A stretch of 64,000 nucleotides of DNA from Deltaproteobacteria bacterium. Its GTDB lineage: Bacteria; JAGRBM01; JAHCIT01. Below the pieces are notes generated by a model. The model searched no databases, was not told the origin of the DNA, and saw only the letters and a list, made by a program, of their open reading frames with translations. The position numbers and the translations under genes are program-made. Shown piece by piece: positions 1-8,310 of this stretch. Position 1 is the stretch's first letter. Every line of letters begins with the position of its first letter. The stretch lies in NCBI GenBank assembly GCA_026129095.1, contig JAHCIT010000004.1, positions 186,001 to 250,000 on the forward strand, given 5' to 3'.

Positions 1-1
1 C

Positions 2-226
2 AGGGAGATCATCCGGGTGGTCGAAAACGGCGAAGAGAAGGAACTCTGGACCGGCGGCTATATCTTCGAGAACGAATGGCAGAGTTACCGGACCCGTAAG
101 GACCGGTCTCTGGAACTATCCAGTGGAACGCATGAATATTCCGGCAAGGGCAAATACAAGATCGCAGTAAAGGTGATCGATATCTTCGGCAACGACACAA
201 CCAAGGTGCTGGAGGTGAAAGTCTGA
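2..226 (+). CDS. mod: Type III restriction-modification methyltransferase (Mod), C-terminal fragment; 5' part lies outside the window
   Basis: Frame open from base 2 (REIIRVVENG...FENEWQSYRTRKDRSLEL...YKIAVKVIDIFGNDT). This C-terminus is typical of N4/N6 methylases that precede type III Res. The stop overlaps the res start (TGATG). Confidence 0.75.
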   Translation, partial: REIIRVVENGEEKELWTGGYIFENEWQSYRTRKDRSLELSSGTHEYSGKGKYKIAVKVIDIFGNDTTKVLEVKV

Positions 227-2901
227 TGGGCTTCCACCCGCAGTTTCCCACTGACCCGTATCAGATTATTCACCCTGACGTTCGCTGGTATCCGGGCGAG
301 GAGTTGCTGGGACGAATCGGTCTCGCAAATCTCCTGCCGCCGCTGGTACACCGCATACGGGAGGGCGTATGGAAGTGGAGGGATTCCGGATATGCAGGCG
401 CCAGTGCGACGACCAAGGCACTGCTCCGGCACTGGTTCGAGACGGAACATCTCCTGCCGCAAACCGACGAAACCGTCGGAAAGTTCCGCTATTACTTTTC
501 CCAGCGTGAAGCGGTCGAATCGGCCATCTGGCTCTATGAAATAGAAGAAGCCCGCGACCCCTACGGGCTCATCAAATATGACACCGCCGGGCAGGTCACT
601 AAAAGCATGTTCCGGGAGGACTGGACCCGGTACGTGATGAAACTGGCGACCGGCGCCGGAAAGACCAAGGTGATGAGCCTGCTCATCGCGTGGTCGTACT
701 TCCACAAGATCTATGAGGAAGATTCCGAACTCAGCAAGAACTTTTTGCTGATCGCGCCGAATATCATTGTGCTTGACCGGTTGGCGACCGACTTTGACGG
801 CCTGAAGATATTTTTTGCCGATCCGGTGCTTCCGGACAACGGGTACGAGGGCCGGAACTGGCGTGACGATTTTCAGATCACGCTCCACAAACAGGATCAT
901 GTCAGCAACGTCTCCCCAACCGGCAATATCTTCCTGACCAACATTCACCGGGTCTACGAGAAGGAAGAGGCCCCGAAGACGTTTGAGGAAGCCAAAGACA
1001 AGCTCGATTTCTTCGCCGGTCCCCGCCCCACCGGGAAAACCACGGATTCAAAGGTGGACCTCGGCGATATCATCCGGAACGTCTCGGAACTGGTCGTCAT
1101 CAACGACGAGGCGCACCACGTCCATGAGGAAGACCTGGCTTGGTTCAAGAGCATCGGGGACATTTCAAATCGCCTGAAACTGAAGGGCGGCAAGCTCTCG
1201 GCGCAGTTCGACCTCACGGCGACCCCAAAACACACCAACGGCGCGATTTTCGTTCAGACGGTCAGCGACTATCCCCTTGTCGAAGCCGTCAGGCAGGGGG
1301 TCGTGAAGACGCCGGTGCTCCCCGATCCGGCCTCACGGGCAAAACTTCAGGAGCGGAAAAGTGCGAAGTTCTCGGAGCGGTACCGGGATTATCTCCAGCT
1401 CGGCTATCTGGAATGGGAAAAGGTTTATGACGAGCTGGAACCGGCCGGAAAGAAGTCGATCCTGTTCGTAATGACCGACGACACGAAGAACTGCGATGAA
1501 GTGGCGGATTACCTCGTCAAGACTTTCCCGAAGCTGGAGGATGGTGTTCTGGTCATTCACACCAAGAACAATGGTGAGATCTCGGAGTCCTCAACCGGCA
1601 AGAACAAGGACGAACTGGACAGGCTCCGTAAGCTGAGCCGTGAGATTGATAGCTGGGATAATCCGTACAAAGCGATCGTATCCGTGATGGTGCTGCGCGA
1701 AGGCTGGGACGTGCAGAACGTCGTTTCGATTGTCGGCCTTCGACCGTTCAAAGCGGCGAGCAAGATTCTTCCCGAGCAGACCATTGGGCGCGGCCTCAGG
1801 CGGATGTTCCGGGGTCAGGACATCCAGGAGAAGGTCAGTGTGATCGGGACCGATGCCTTCATCGATTTTGTGGAATCCATCAAGGATGAAGGCGTTGAAT
1901 TGGAATACGCGGCGATGAGTGACCGGACCAAGCCTCAATCGCCGACCGTGATCGAGGTGGACTCGGAGAACCGGAAGAAGGATATCGAAGCCCTTGATAT
2001 AGAAATCCCGGTCTTGGCACCGCGAATCTACAGGGAATACAAGAACCTGGCCGAGATCAATGTTTCAGAGCTGCCTGCTCCGAAGCTGAAGCTGATTCCG
2101 TTCACGCCGGAGCAGCAACGGGAAATCATCTTTCTGGAGATCGACACTGGAGCCGAGAGCCACAAGACCCTGATGGACGGGGATTTTGTCCCCAACCATC
2201 AGAATATGATTACATTCTTCGCCCGAAGCCTGATGCGTGAACTGCACCTGGTTGGTGGATTCGACGGACTGTTCGGGATGATGAAGGATTATATCCAAAA
2301 CCGGCTGTTCGAAATACCGGTCGATCTGGATGACCTCAATGTTCTCCGGAATATGTCCGAAATCGAACCGGTCAGGACGATTCAGGAAACCTTCCGGAAG
2401 GCGATCAACGATCTGACGATTCAGGACACGGGCACAACGAAGATCCAGGAATATATCAAGGTCAGCAAGACGCGACCTTACCTGTCCGACAAGAAGGAGT
2501 ATTTCAGGCCGGACAAGTCGATCTTCAACAAGGTGGTGGGCGACAGCCAGCTTGAACTCGACTTTGCGGTATTTCTCGACAAGTGCCCGGACATCGTTTC
2601 GTACTTCAAGAACTCCAACGCGACCCACTTCAAAATCGAATACAACAAGGCCGGCGGCGGCATTGCCGACTATTATCCGGATTTCGTCGTGAACCAGGAC
2701 GGCAATAACTTCTGGATTATTGAGACCAAAGGCCGGGAAGATCTGGACGATCCTCAGAAATGGGAACGCCTCAAGCAATGGTGCGAAGACGCAACTTCAC
2801 TGGAGCCGAAGAAACGCTACCGGGCACTGTTCGTCCGGCAGGACGAGTGGGAGAAATACCATCCGGCGACGTTTAACGAACTGGTGAAGGCGGTTGGTTA
2901 A
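226..2901 (+). CDS. res: Type III restriction endonuclease Res subunit (SF2 helicase-like plus PD-(D/E)xK nuclease)
   Basis: Motifs LATGAGKT, DEAHH, TATP, LREGWDV, QTIGRGLR; C-terminal YYPDF...IIETKG nuclease motif; 891 aa. Confidence 0.9.
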   Translation: MGFHPQFPTDPYQIIHPDVRWYPGEELLGRIGLANLLPPLVHRIREGVWKWRDSGYAGASATTKALLRHWFETEHLLPQTDETVGKFRYYFSQREAVESAIWLYEIEEARDPYGLIKYDTAGQVTKSMFREDWTRYVMKLATGAGKTKVMSLLIAWSYFHKIYEEDSELSKNFLLIAPNIIVLDRLATDFDGLKIFFADPVLPDNGYEGRNWRDDFQITLHKQDHVSNVSPTGNIFLTNIHRVYEKEEAPKTFEEAKDKLDFFAGPRPTGKTTDSKVDLGDIIRNVSELVVINDEAHHVHEEDLAWFKSIGDISNRLKLKGGKLSAQFDLTATPKHTNGAIFVQTVSDYPLVEAVRQGVVKTPVLPDPASRAKLQERKSAKFSERYRDYLQLGYLEWEKVYDELEPAGKKSILFVMTDDTKNCDEVADYLVKTFPKLEDGVLVIHTKNNGEISESSTGKNKDELDRLRKLSREIDSWDNPYKAIVSVMVLREGWDVQNVVSIVGLRPFKAASKILPEQTIGRGLRRMFRGQDIQEKVSVIGTDAFIDFVESIKDEGVELEYAAMSDRTKPQSPTVIEVDSENRKKDIEALDIEIPVLAPRIYREYKNLAEINVSELPAPKLKLIPFTPEQQREIIFLEIDTGAESHKTLMDGDFVPNHQNMITFFARSLMRELHLVGGFDGLFGMMKDYIQNRLFEIPVDLDDLNVLRNMSEIEPVRTIQETFRKAINDLTIQDTGTTKIQEYIKVSKTRPYLSDKKEYFRPDKSIFNKVVGDSQLELDFAVFLDKCPDIVSYFKNSNATHFKIEYNKAGGGIADYYPDFVVNQDGNNFWIIETKGREDLDDPQKWERLKQWCEDATSLEPKKRYRALFVRQDEWEKYHPATFNELVKAVG

Positions 2902-2976
2902 CCCCCTCAGTGCAGCAGTTCGACGAGGCCGGGGGAGCGGAACTCCTGGAAATACCCGACGGCGGCGGAGACGGTC
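2899..2976. repeat. 78-bp direct repeat, copy 1 (degenerate copy of the JAB gene 3' end; att-like)
   Basis: taaccccctcagtgcagcagttcgacgaggccg...gagacggtc matches 3751-3828 at 75 of 78 positions (manual alignment). Confidence 0.95.
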
Positions 2977-3277
2977 ACGCCGCCAGGCGGATGCTTTTCG
3001 CGCCGAAGTTGGCGCGGATCTCCAGTTCGCCGCCGAGGGCCTCCACGCACTTGCGGAGCGTTGACACCAGATAGTCCGTCCGGTGCTCCAGCCGCGAGAT
3101 TTCCGACTGCGACATGGCGGTCGCCTTTGCCATCTCTTCCTGCGTTTTGCCCAGCAGTTCGCGGAGCGCCCGGATGTTGATCGCCAGCACTTCCTCGGCG
3201 GCGGCCTTCTCGATGCGTGCTATCGCCTCAGGCGAAAGCTGGCTGTCACGCAGTTCCTTCCACTTGTGGATCGCCAT
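2975..3277 (-). CDS. XRE-family HTH antitoxin (HigA-like)
   Basis: LRELLGKTQEEMAKATAMSQSEISRLE HTH and VSTLRKCVEALGGELEI; lies directly downstream of the toxin. Confidence 0.9.
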   Translation of the reverse strand: MAIHKWKELRDSQLSPEAIARIEKAAAEEVLAINIRALRELLGKTQEEMAKATAMSQSEISRLEHRTDYLVSTLRKCVEALGGELEIRANFGAKSIRLAA

Positions 3278-3280
3278 GAG

Positions 3281-3664
3281 TCACCCTTTGCCTTTCTTCT
3301 GCGAGGCCGAAGCCCTTTCCATCTCTTCACGTTCAGCGAGGTACTGCTTCCAGATTTTCTCCGCCACCGGTATCCAGGTCCGGTAGAACCGGCCGTCGTC
3401 CTGTCCTTCCTTGTCGCCCCCGATAATCAGGACGGCATCCCGCGTCCTGTCGAACGCATAGAAAACCCGGATCGGCCTGCCCTTCGACTGGACCCGCAAC
3501 TCCCTCAGGGCGATGCTGGCCCCCCTGATCTCGCTGCTATGAGGATAACCCAGTGCAACACCGCATTGCTCCAGCAGTTCAACGGAGTAGGCAACCGATT
3601 CCTTGTCCGTGTCGTCCAGCGCCCTGTACCAGTCGCCGAACTCATCGGTATGCACCACTTCCAC
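3281..3664 (-). CDS. Type II toxin, RelE/ParE superfamily (HigB/Gp49-like)
   Basis: LGYPHSS...LRELRVQSKGRPIRVFYAFD...LIIGGDK signature; toxin-first gene order. Confidence 0.9.
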   Translation of the reverse strand: MEVVHTDEFGDWYRALDDTDKESVAYSVELLEQCGVALGYPHSSEIRGASIALRELRVQSKGRPIRVFYAFDRTRDAVLIIGGDKEGQDDGRFYRTWIPVAEKIWKQYLAEREEMERASASQKKGKG

Positions 3665-3670
3665 CCTGCA

Positions 3671-3699
3671 ATTATGAGGTTAAACACATAATGATGCAA
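3671..3699 (-). promoter_or_regulatory. Sigma-70 promoter of the TA operon with overlapping inverted-repeat operator
   Basis: Minus strand TTGCAT-17 bp-CATAAT, 6 nt before the GTG start. Inverted repeat ATTATG(3671-3676)-N10-CATAAT(3687-3692). Confidence 0.7.
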
Positions 3700-3750
3700 G
3701 TGAAAAAATAGCCGCCCAGGCCAACCGGTAAGCCCAATATATTCAGAGGC

Positions 3751-3828
3751 TAATCCCCTCAGTGCAGCAGTTCGACGAGGCCGAGGGAGCGGAACTCCTG
3801 GAAATACTCGACGGCGGCGGAGACGGTC
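3751..3828. repeat. 78-bp direct repeat, copy 2 (includes the last codons and stop of the JAB gene)
   Basis: 852 bp from copy 1; 3 mismatches. Confidence 0.95.
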
Positions 3829-4580
3829 TGCGGGTCGCGCTGCTGGGCGGCGCGGCCGCTGCGGCCGACGGTGATCCGGCGGGTCTCGCCGTAGACGCGG
3901 ATGAACTCGCCGAGCGATGACGCCCGCGCCGTCTGGAGGTGGCGGAAGAACTCGTACTGCGGCGAGGCGGGCTGGTAGGGGAGCTTGCGGCTCCGCGAGA
4001 CGCGGATCTTCAGCGACTCCTCGGGGTTCACGCCGGGGCGCGCGAAGGCGTCCACGACGGTCTTCTCCCGCTGGTAGCTGACGGCGAAGGGGCAGAGCAG
4101 CGCCACCTGGCGCACGCTCCCCTCGGTGATGCCGCGGTAGTAGGCGCTCATCTTGAGGCGGTAGCCGCTCACGGTGCCGGAGAGGTTCCCCTTGCGGTCG
4201 TATTTCCAGTGGGAACGGCGGCCGGTCTCGTGCAGGCTGATGACGACGGAGACGAACCGCTTGCCCATCGTGGCGACGTCGGTGTCGGAGAGGATGGGCT
4301 CCCAGGTCTGCCCGGCGTAGTCGGGGTGCGAGTGGAAGTCGCCCACCTTCCGCCAGCGGTGGAACTCGTCCATGAGCTGCCCCACCCGGCCCACGCGCTG
4401 CGTGCTGACGGACACCTCCATGAACTTGCGCTCGGCCGACTGGAGCGGCACGGCGAGGTCCACGTGGCAGGCGTCGTCGGTCATGTGCCCCAGCAGGTAG
4501 CCGAAGCACTCGCGCTTGTAGACCTCGACGGCCGCCACGGTGAGCGCGACAAACGCCTGATCCGAAAGATAGACTCGCAT
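3759..4580 (-). CDS. JAB/MPN+ (Mov34) metalloprotease-domain protein with an extra C-terminal domain
   Basis: JAMM motif: E in KRECFGYLLG, then GDFHSHP...LSDTD. Start chosen at ATG 4580, which follows GGAG/GAGG. Confidence 0.8.
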   Translation of the reverse strand: MRVYLSDQAFVALTVAAVEVYKRECFGYLLGHMTDDACHVDLAVPLQSAERKFMEVSVSTQRVGRVGQLMDEFHRWRKVGDFHSHPDYAGQTWEPILSDTDVATMGKRFVSVVISLHETGRRSHWKYDRKGNLSGTVSGYRLKMSAYYRGITEGSVRQVALLCPFAVSYQREKTVVDAFARPGVNPEESLKIRVSRSRKLPYQPASPQYEFFRHLQTARASSLGEFIRVYGETRRITVGRSGRAAQQRDPQTVSAAVEYFQEFRSLGLVELLH

Positions 4581-4980
4581 GGCCTCATCTCCGCTCCGCC
4601 GGTTCCTTCCTCGTGTGCCTGTGAAGGACGGCGTATCTGCTTTGCGTGTAACGTCCGGGGCCTGTCCGCTGCGGCGCATCCAGGGGGCTGGATTCAGCGT
4701 CAGGCCATGCCACGGCTCGCTGGGGGAAAGTGTGGAGCCGGGCCGGATGGCGTGGCAAGGGAGGGGGCCATCGGGGAGCGCGGTAGTGTCTGAAATACCC
4801 AGTTATCCCAACAAGTTATAATATTTTCTGAGTCTCCAGGTCCCGCCTGTCCCGTTAATTTGATGCCCTGCGCTATTGCCGGGTGGCATTATGCCGATTT
4901 CATTGGGAACCTGGCCCAAGGCGGGCTAAAACTGATCCCCGTCAACCCGACACTCAACGAAAAGGGAGAGTCCCCAACCC

Positions 4981-5571
4981 ATGATGGAACGCCGCTCATT
5001 CCTCCGCACCACCGCCACCGGACTTGTTGTCGCCCCCGCTGCCCTCGCCGCCGGATGCGCCTCCACCACGGCCCATGCCGCTTACAAGGGCAAGCCGTTC
5101 AAGGGCTCTCTGAAGGGGACCGAGTGGGAGGGCCTCGAAACGACGAGCCCCGACATCCAGCACCCGTATTTCACGGACAAGACCTGGGAGGCGACCATTC
5201 CCGACTACCTCGAGTACAACCGCATCCGCGAGGACACCCTCGGCCGCCGCAGCGACGAGATGATCATCAAGCACGAGCCGCACCTGAAAGTTGCCGGGAA
5301 CCGGTCGGACTCGATGGTGGACTTCATCAACACGCTCAAGCATCCGCACGTCCACAACCACTGGTGGTCGTGGGTCGAGCTGTGGGACGGGAAAACCCAG
5401 CCCACGGTCATCAGCATCCTCGCGCCCAAGGAGGGGGAAACCCTCTACGGTCCCGAGGGCATCCAGTTCTTCGCCTGGCTCTACACGCCCAGGCCGTTCG
5501 GAAACGACGTGGTCCGCGTGCGGGCCTACTGCGTGACGCACGGCCTGTTCACCAAATACGAGAAGATCTAG
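4981..5571 (+). CDS. Tat-exported lipoprotein with a superoxide reductase (neelaredoxin/desulfoferrodoxin-like) iron-binding domain
   Basis: ERRSFL twin-arginine motif, LAAGC lipobox; KHEP, HPHVHNH (H-x5-H) and YCVTHGL (C-x2-H) give the 4His-1Cys ligand pattern; GGGAG RBS. Confidence 0.75.
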   Translation: MMERRSFLRTTATGLVVAPAALAAGCASTTAHAAYKGKPFKGSLKGTEWEGLETTSPDIQHPYFTDKTWEATIPDYLEYNRIREDTLGRRSDEMIIKHEPHLKVAGNRSDSMVDFINTLKHPHVHNHWWSWVELWDGKTQPTVISILAPKEGETLYGPEGIQFFAWLYTPRPFGNDVVRVRAYCVTHGLFTKYEKI

Positions 5572-5580
5572 GCATTGCGC

Positions 5581-6096
5581 GTGACCAGCGAAGGCCCACA
5601 ACCCGCCGCCGCCCCGCGGCGGCCCCGGAAGAAATCCCTCGACCAGCGGATCGAGGGCGATCTGGAGCGCGGCGACCTCGCCTCGGCCCGCCGCCGGATC
5701 GAGAGCCGCCTCCAGATCGAAACCGACCCCCTGCGGGCCGGCCGGCTCCGCACCCACCTGATCCAGGTGCTGGTCCAGATGGGCGACCCGGAGCGGGCCG
5801 GCATGTACGCGCTGCTCGTCGAGGACGACTCGGCCGAGCTGAACAGCCTGCGGACGCTGTTCATCCGGCGGTGCGGGGGCTCCAGCCAGACGGTGAAGGA
5901 CCGCTCGGCCGCCTACCGCCGTGCCGTCGGCCCCAGGGCGCAGGACCGTCTCGACCAGCTCTTCATGGACCTCACGCCGTTCAAGGCCCACCCGGAGAAG
6001 TGGCGCAAGATCAACCTCAACGAATCCCTGGGGACGTTCATCTTCCTTGGGATCATGCTCGTCTTCATCGTCATGGGCGTCCGGTCGTGCTCCTGA
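5581..6096 (+). CDS. Hypothetical protein, TPR-like helical N-terminus and C-terminal TM helix (resembles DUF6584)
   Basis: Host-like codon usage; DLERGDLASARRR...GDPERAG pattern; C-terminal hydrophobic FIFLGIMLVFIVMGV. Start could be 5575 or 5581. Confidence 0.55.
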   Translation: MTSEGPQPAAAPRRPRKKSLDQRIEGDLERGDLASARRRIESRLQIETDPLRAGRLRTHLIQVLVQMGDPERAGMYALLVEDDSAELNSLRTLFIRRCGGSSQTVKDRSAAYRRAVGPRAQDRLDQLFMDLTPFKAHPEKWRKINLNESLGTFIFLGIMLVFIVMGVRSCS

Positions 6097-6149
6097 AGGG
6101 GCTCCCTCCCGCCGCCCGCCCGGCCGTGATATCCTCACCCTGACCGGCC

Positions 6150-8258
6150 ATGAACCTGGCGAACCAGATATCGCTCATTTCCGCCGTGCTGTGCGCGGCG
6201 CTGGCGTTCGCCGTGATCTACAAGAACCGGCAGAACGATGTCCGCCGGACGTTTTCCTACGTGGCCGCCGGGCTCGCCCTCTGGAACCTGTTTGCCTACC
6301 TGGGCGGCATCTTCCCCCGGACCGAACTGCTCCACCGGTTCACGGTGATGGCTGCCGCGCTGATCCCGCCGCTCGCCATCCGGTTCCTGCGGATTTTCCT
6401 CTACGCCGAGATGCCGACCCTGAGGCGGTCCACCCGTTCCATGTCCACGGCCAGCACGCTGGTGATCCTGCTGGCGGCGGTCATCCCCGTCACCACAACC
6501 GCCACCGGCGCCGGCACACGCATGCCCTACCTCGATTACGGCATGCTGTTCTACCTGGGAATCACGGTTCTCTACTGCTTCTACATCCTGCTGCGCCGCG
6601 AGCGCGAACTGCCCCGCCAGACGACCGAGCGGACGCGCCTCAAGTACCTGCGCAACGGCTCGATGGTCATCCTGGCCGCGGGGCTCATCGACCTCGCCAT
6701 CCTGCTGACCAGCGGCGAACGCCACCGGTTCTCGGCCATGGCGACAAGCGTCTACGCCTACTTCATCTACCTGTCGATCCTGAACTACCGGCTGCTGGAG
6801 TACCAGGAGATCGTCGTCCGCGCCGCCATCATCGCCACGATCGCCACGGTCTTCTCGGCCGTGTACGGGGTTCTGGTCTTCTGGGTCGATTCGTTTGGCG
6901 TGACCGTGCTCTACACGATGATCGCGTCGATCATCATCCTCGTGATCTACGATCCGGTGAACAAGTACGTCGAGGACCGGTTCGCCACGTTTTTCCTGCG
7001 CCCCAAGCGCGAACTGAGCGAGGTGCTCGCCGTCCTGAGCCGCGAGATGATCCGCGCCACCGACGCCCGGCAGCTCGCCTCGATCATCGCCCGGCACATG
7101 AAGGTGCTCGAACGGGTGACCGACCTGGCCATCTACTTCCGCGACCGCCGGACCGGGCGGCTGGGGCTCCACGCCTGCTTCGGCCGGATGGCGACCTCCC
7201 TGCCGCCCGTGCTGGACCGGCTGGAGCTGCTGTTCGAACTGGAGTCGAGCCGGTCGCCGCTTTCGGCCGAGCATCTGGAACAGGAACGGCGCGCCACGCC
7301 GCCGGGATCCCGGCGGGACTACCTGGGGGTGATCCACGGCGAGATGGAACGGCTCAACGCGGCGGTCGTCCTGCCGGTACCCGGCGCCGACGACCTCGCC
7401 GGAATCGTCTGCATCCGCGACGAGCGGGCGGTCGAGGGCTACGACGCGGACGAGATCACCCTGCTGGCCACCATCGCCACGCAGGCGGCGATGCTGCTGG
7501 AAAACTTCCGGTCCAACGACCGCATCCGCGCCCGGTCGCGCATGGCCGCGCTGGGAGAGATGGCCGCCGGACTGGCGCATGAAATCCGCAACCCCCTGGG
7601 TTCGATCAAGGGGGCCGTGCAGGTGCTCGAAACCAGCCGGTCGCCGGAGCAGAACCAGGAGTTTCTCTCGATCATACTGGAAGAAGTCCAGCGCCTGAAC
7701 CGGGTGGTGAGCGAGTTCCTCAACTACGCCCGCGAGCCCAAGCCTCAACTGGAGCCGGTGGACCTGAACCGCCTCATCGAGCGGACGGCGCGGCAGGTGT
7801 CTCTGGCCGAGGAGCAGGGAGAGGTGAAGATCGTCCTCGATCTCGCCGAAAACCTGCCGCAACTCGCCGCCGATCCCGAACAGATCAAGCAGGTGCTCCT
7901 CAACCTTGTCAGCAATGCCTTCGTGGCCATGAAGGACCGCACAGCCCGCGTGCTCACGCTCCGGACCCGCTGGCGGCCAGCCCCCGACGGCGGACAGGGC
8001 TCGGTGGTGATCCAGATTGCCGACACCGGCAGCGGAATGAACCCCGAAACACTGGACCGGGTGTTCACGCCCTTTTTCACCACCCGGCCAGAGGGGACCG
8101 GCATCGGCCTGCCGGTTTGCGAACGGCTCGTCGAGGCCCACGGCGGCACCATCGACGTCAACTCCCGGGAGGGCGAGGGAACGGAGTTCACGATCGTCCT
8201 GCCGCTGCCGCCCGCCGAAGTCCCCGCAGCCGCAGGGACCACTGGAAACGCGGCGTGA
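6150..8258 (+). CDS. Sensor histidine kinase (multi-TM N-terminus, GAF, HisKA, HATPase)
   Basis: Many hydrophobic segments; LAHEIRNPL H-box, NLVSNA N-box, DTGSGM, FTPFFTT, GTGIGL. Confidence 0.93.
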   Translation: MNLANQISLISAVLCAALAFAVIYKNRQNDVRRTFSYVAAGLALWNLFAYLGGIFPRTELLHRFTVMAAALIPPLAIRFLRIFLYAEMPTLRRSTRSMSTASTLVILLAAVIPVTTTATGAGTRMPYLDYGMLFYLGITVLYCFYILLRRERELPRQTTERTRLKYLRNGSMVILAAGLIDLAILLTSGERHRFSAMATSVYAYFIYLSILNYRLLEYQEIVVRAAIIATIATVFSAVYGVLVFWVDSFGVTVLYTMIASIIILVIYDPVNKYVEDRFATFFLRPKRELSEVLAVLSREMIRATDARQLASIIARHMKVLERVTDLAIYFRDRRTGRLGLHACFGRMATSLPPVLDRLELLFELESSRSPLSAEHLEQERRATPPGSRRDYLGVIHGEMERLNAAVVLPVPGADDLAGIVCIRDERAVEGYDADEITLLATIATQAAMLLENFRSNDRIRARSRMAALGEMAAGLAHEIRNPLGSIKGAVQVLETSRSPEQNQEFLSIILEEVQRLNRVVSEFLNYAREPKPQLEPVDLNRLIERTARQVSLAEEQGEVKIVLDLAENLPQLAADPEQIKQVLLNLVSNAFVAMKDRTARVLTLRTRWRPAPDGGQGSVVIQIADTGSGMNPETLDRVFTPFFTTRPEGTGIGLPVCERLVEAHGGTIDVNSREGEGTEFTIVLPLPPAEVPAAAGTTGNAA

Positions 8259-8310
8259 GGGGTAGTGCCCTTCCCTAGTTCCCGTCCGGCGGGCTATGAA
8301 CCCTTCCTGA

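Noticed and set aside
2896-2976. Integron attC or CRISPR interpretation of the 78-bp repeat
   Set aside because: Only two copies 852 bp apart, no RYYYAAC/GTTRRRY-bounded palindrome, no intI or cas genes, and the sequence is coding-derived.
3759-4679. CBASS or ubiquitin-like system call for the JAB gene; longer start at 4679
   Set aside because: No cyclase, E1, E2 or ubiquitin-like gene in the window. The extra 33 residues look non-coding and the RBS favours 4580.
4912-4928. Possible sigma-54 promoter (TGGCCC...GGGCT) upstream of the SOR-like gene
   Set aside because: Only the GG-N10-GC spacing matches; the TTGC element is missing, so chance is likely at this GC content.
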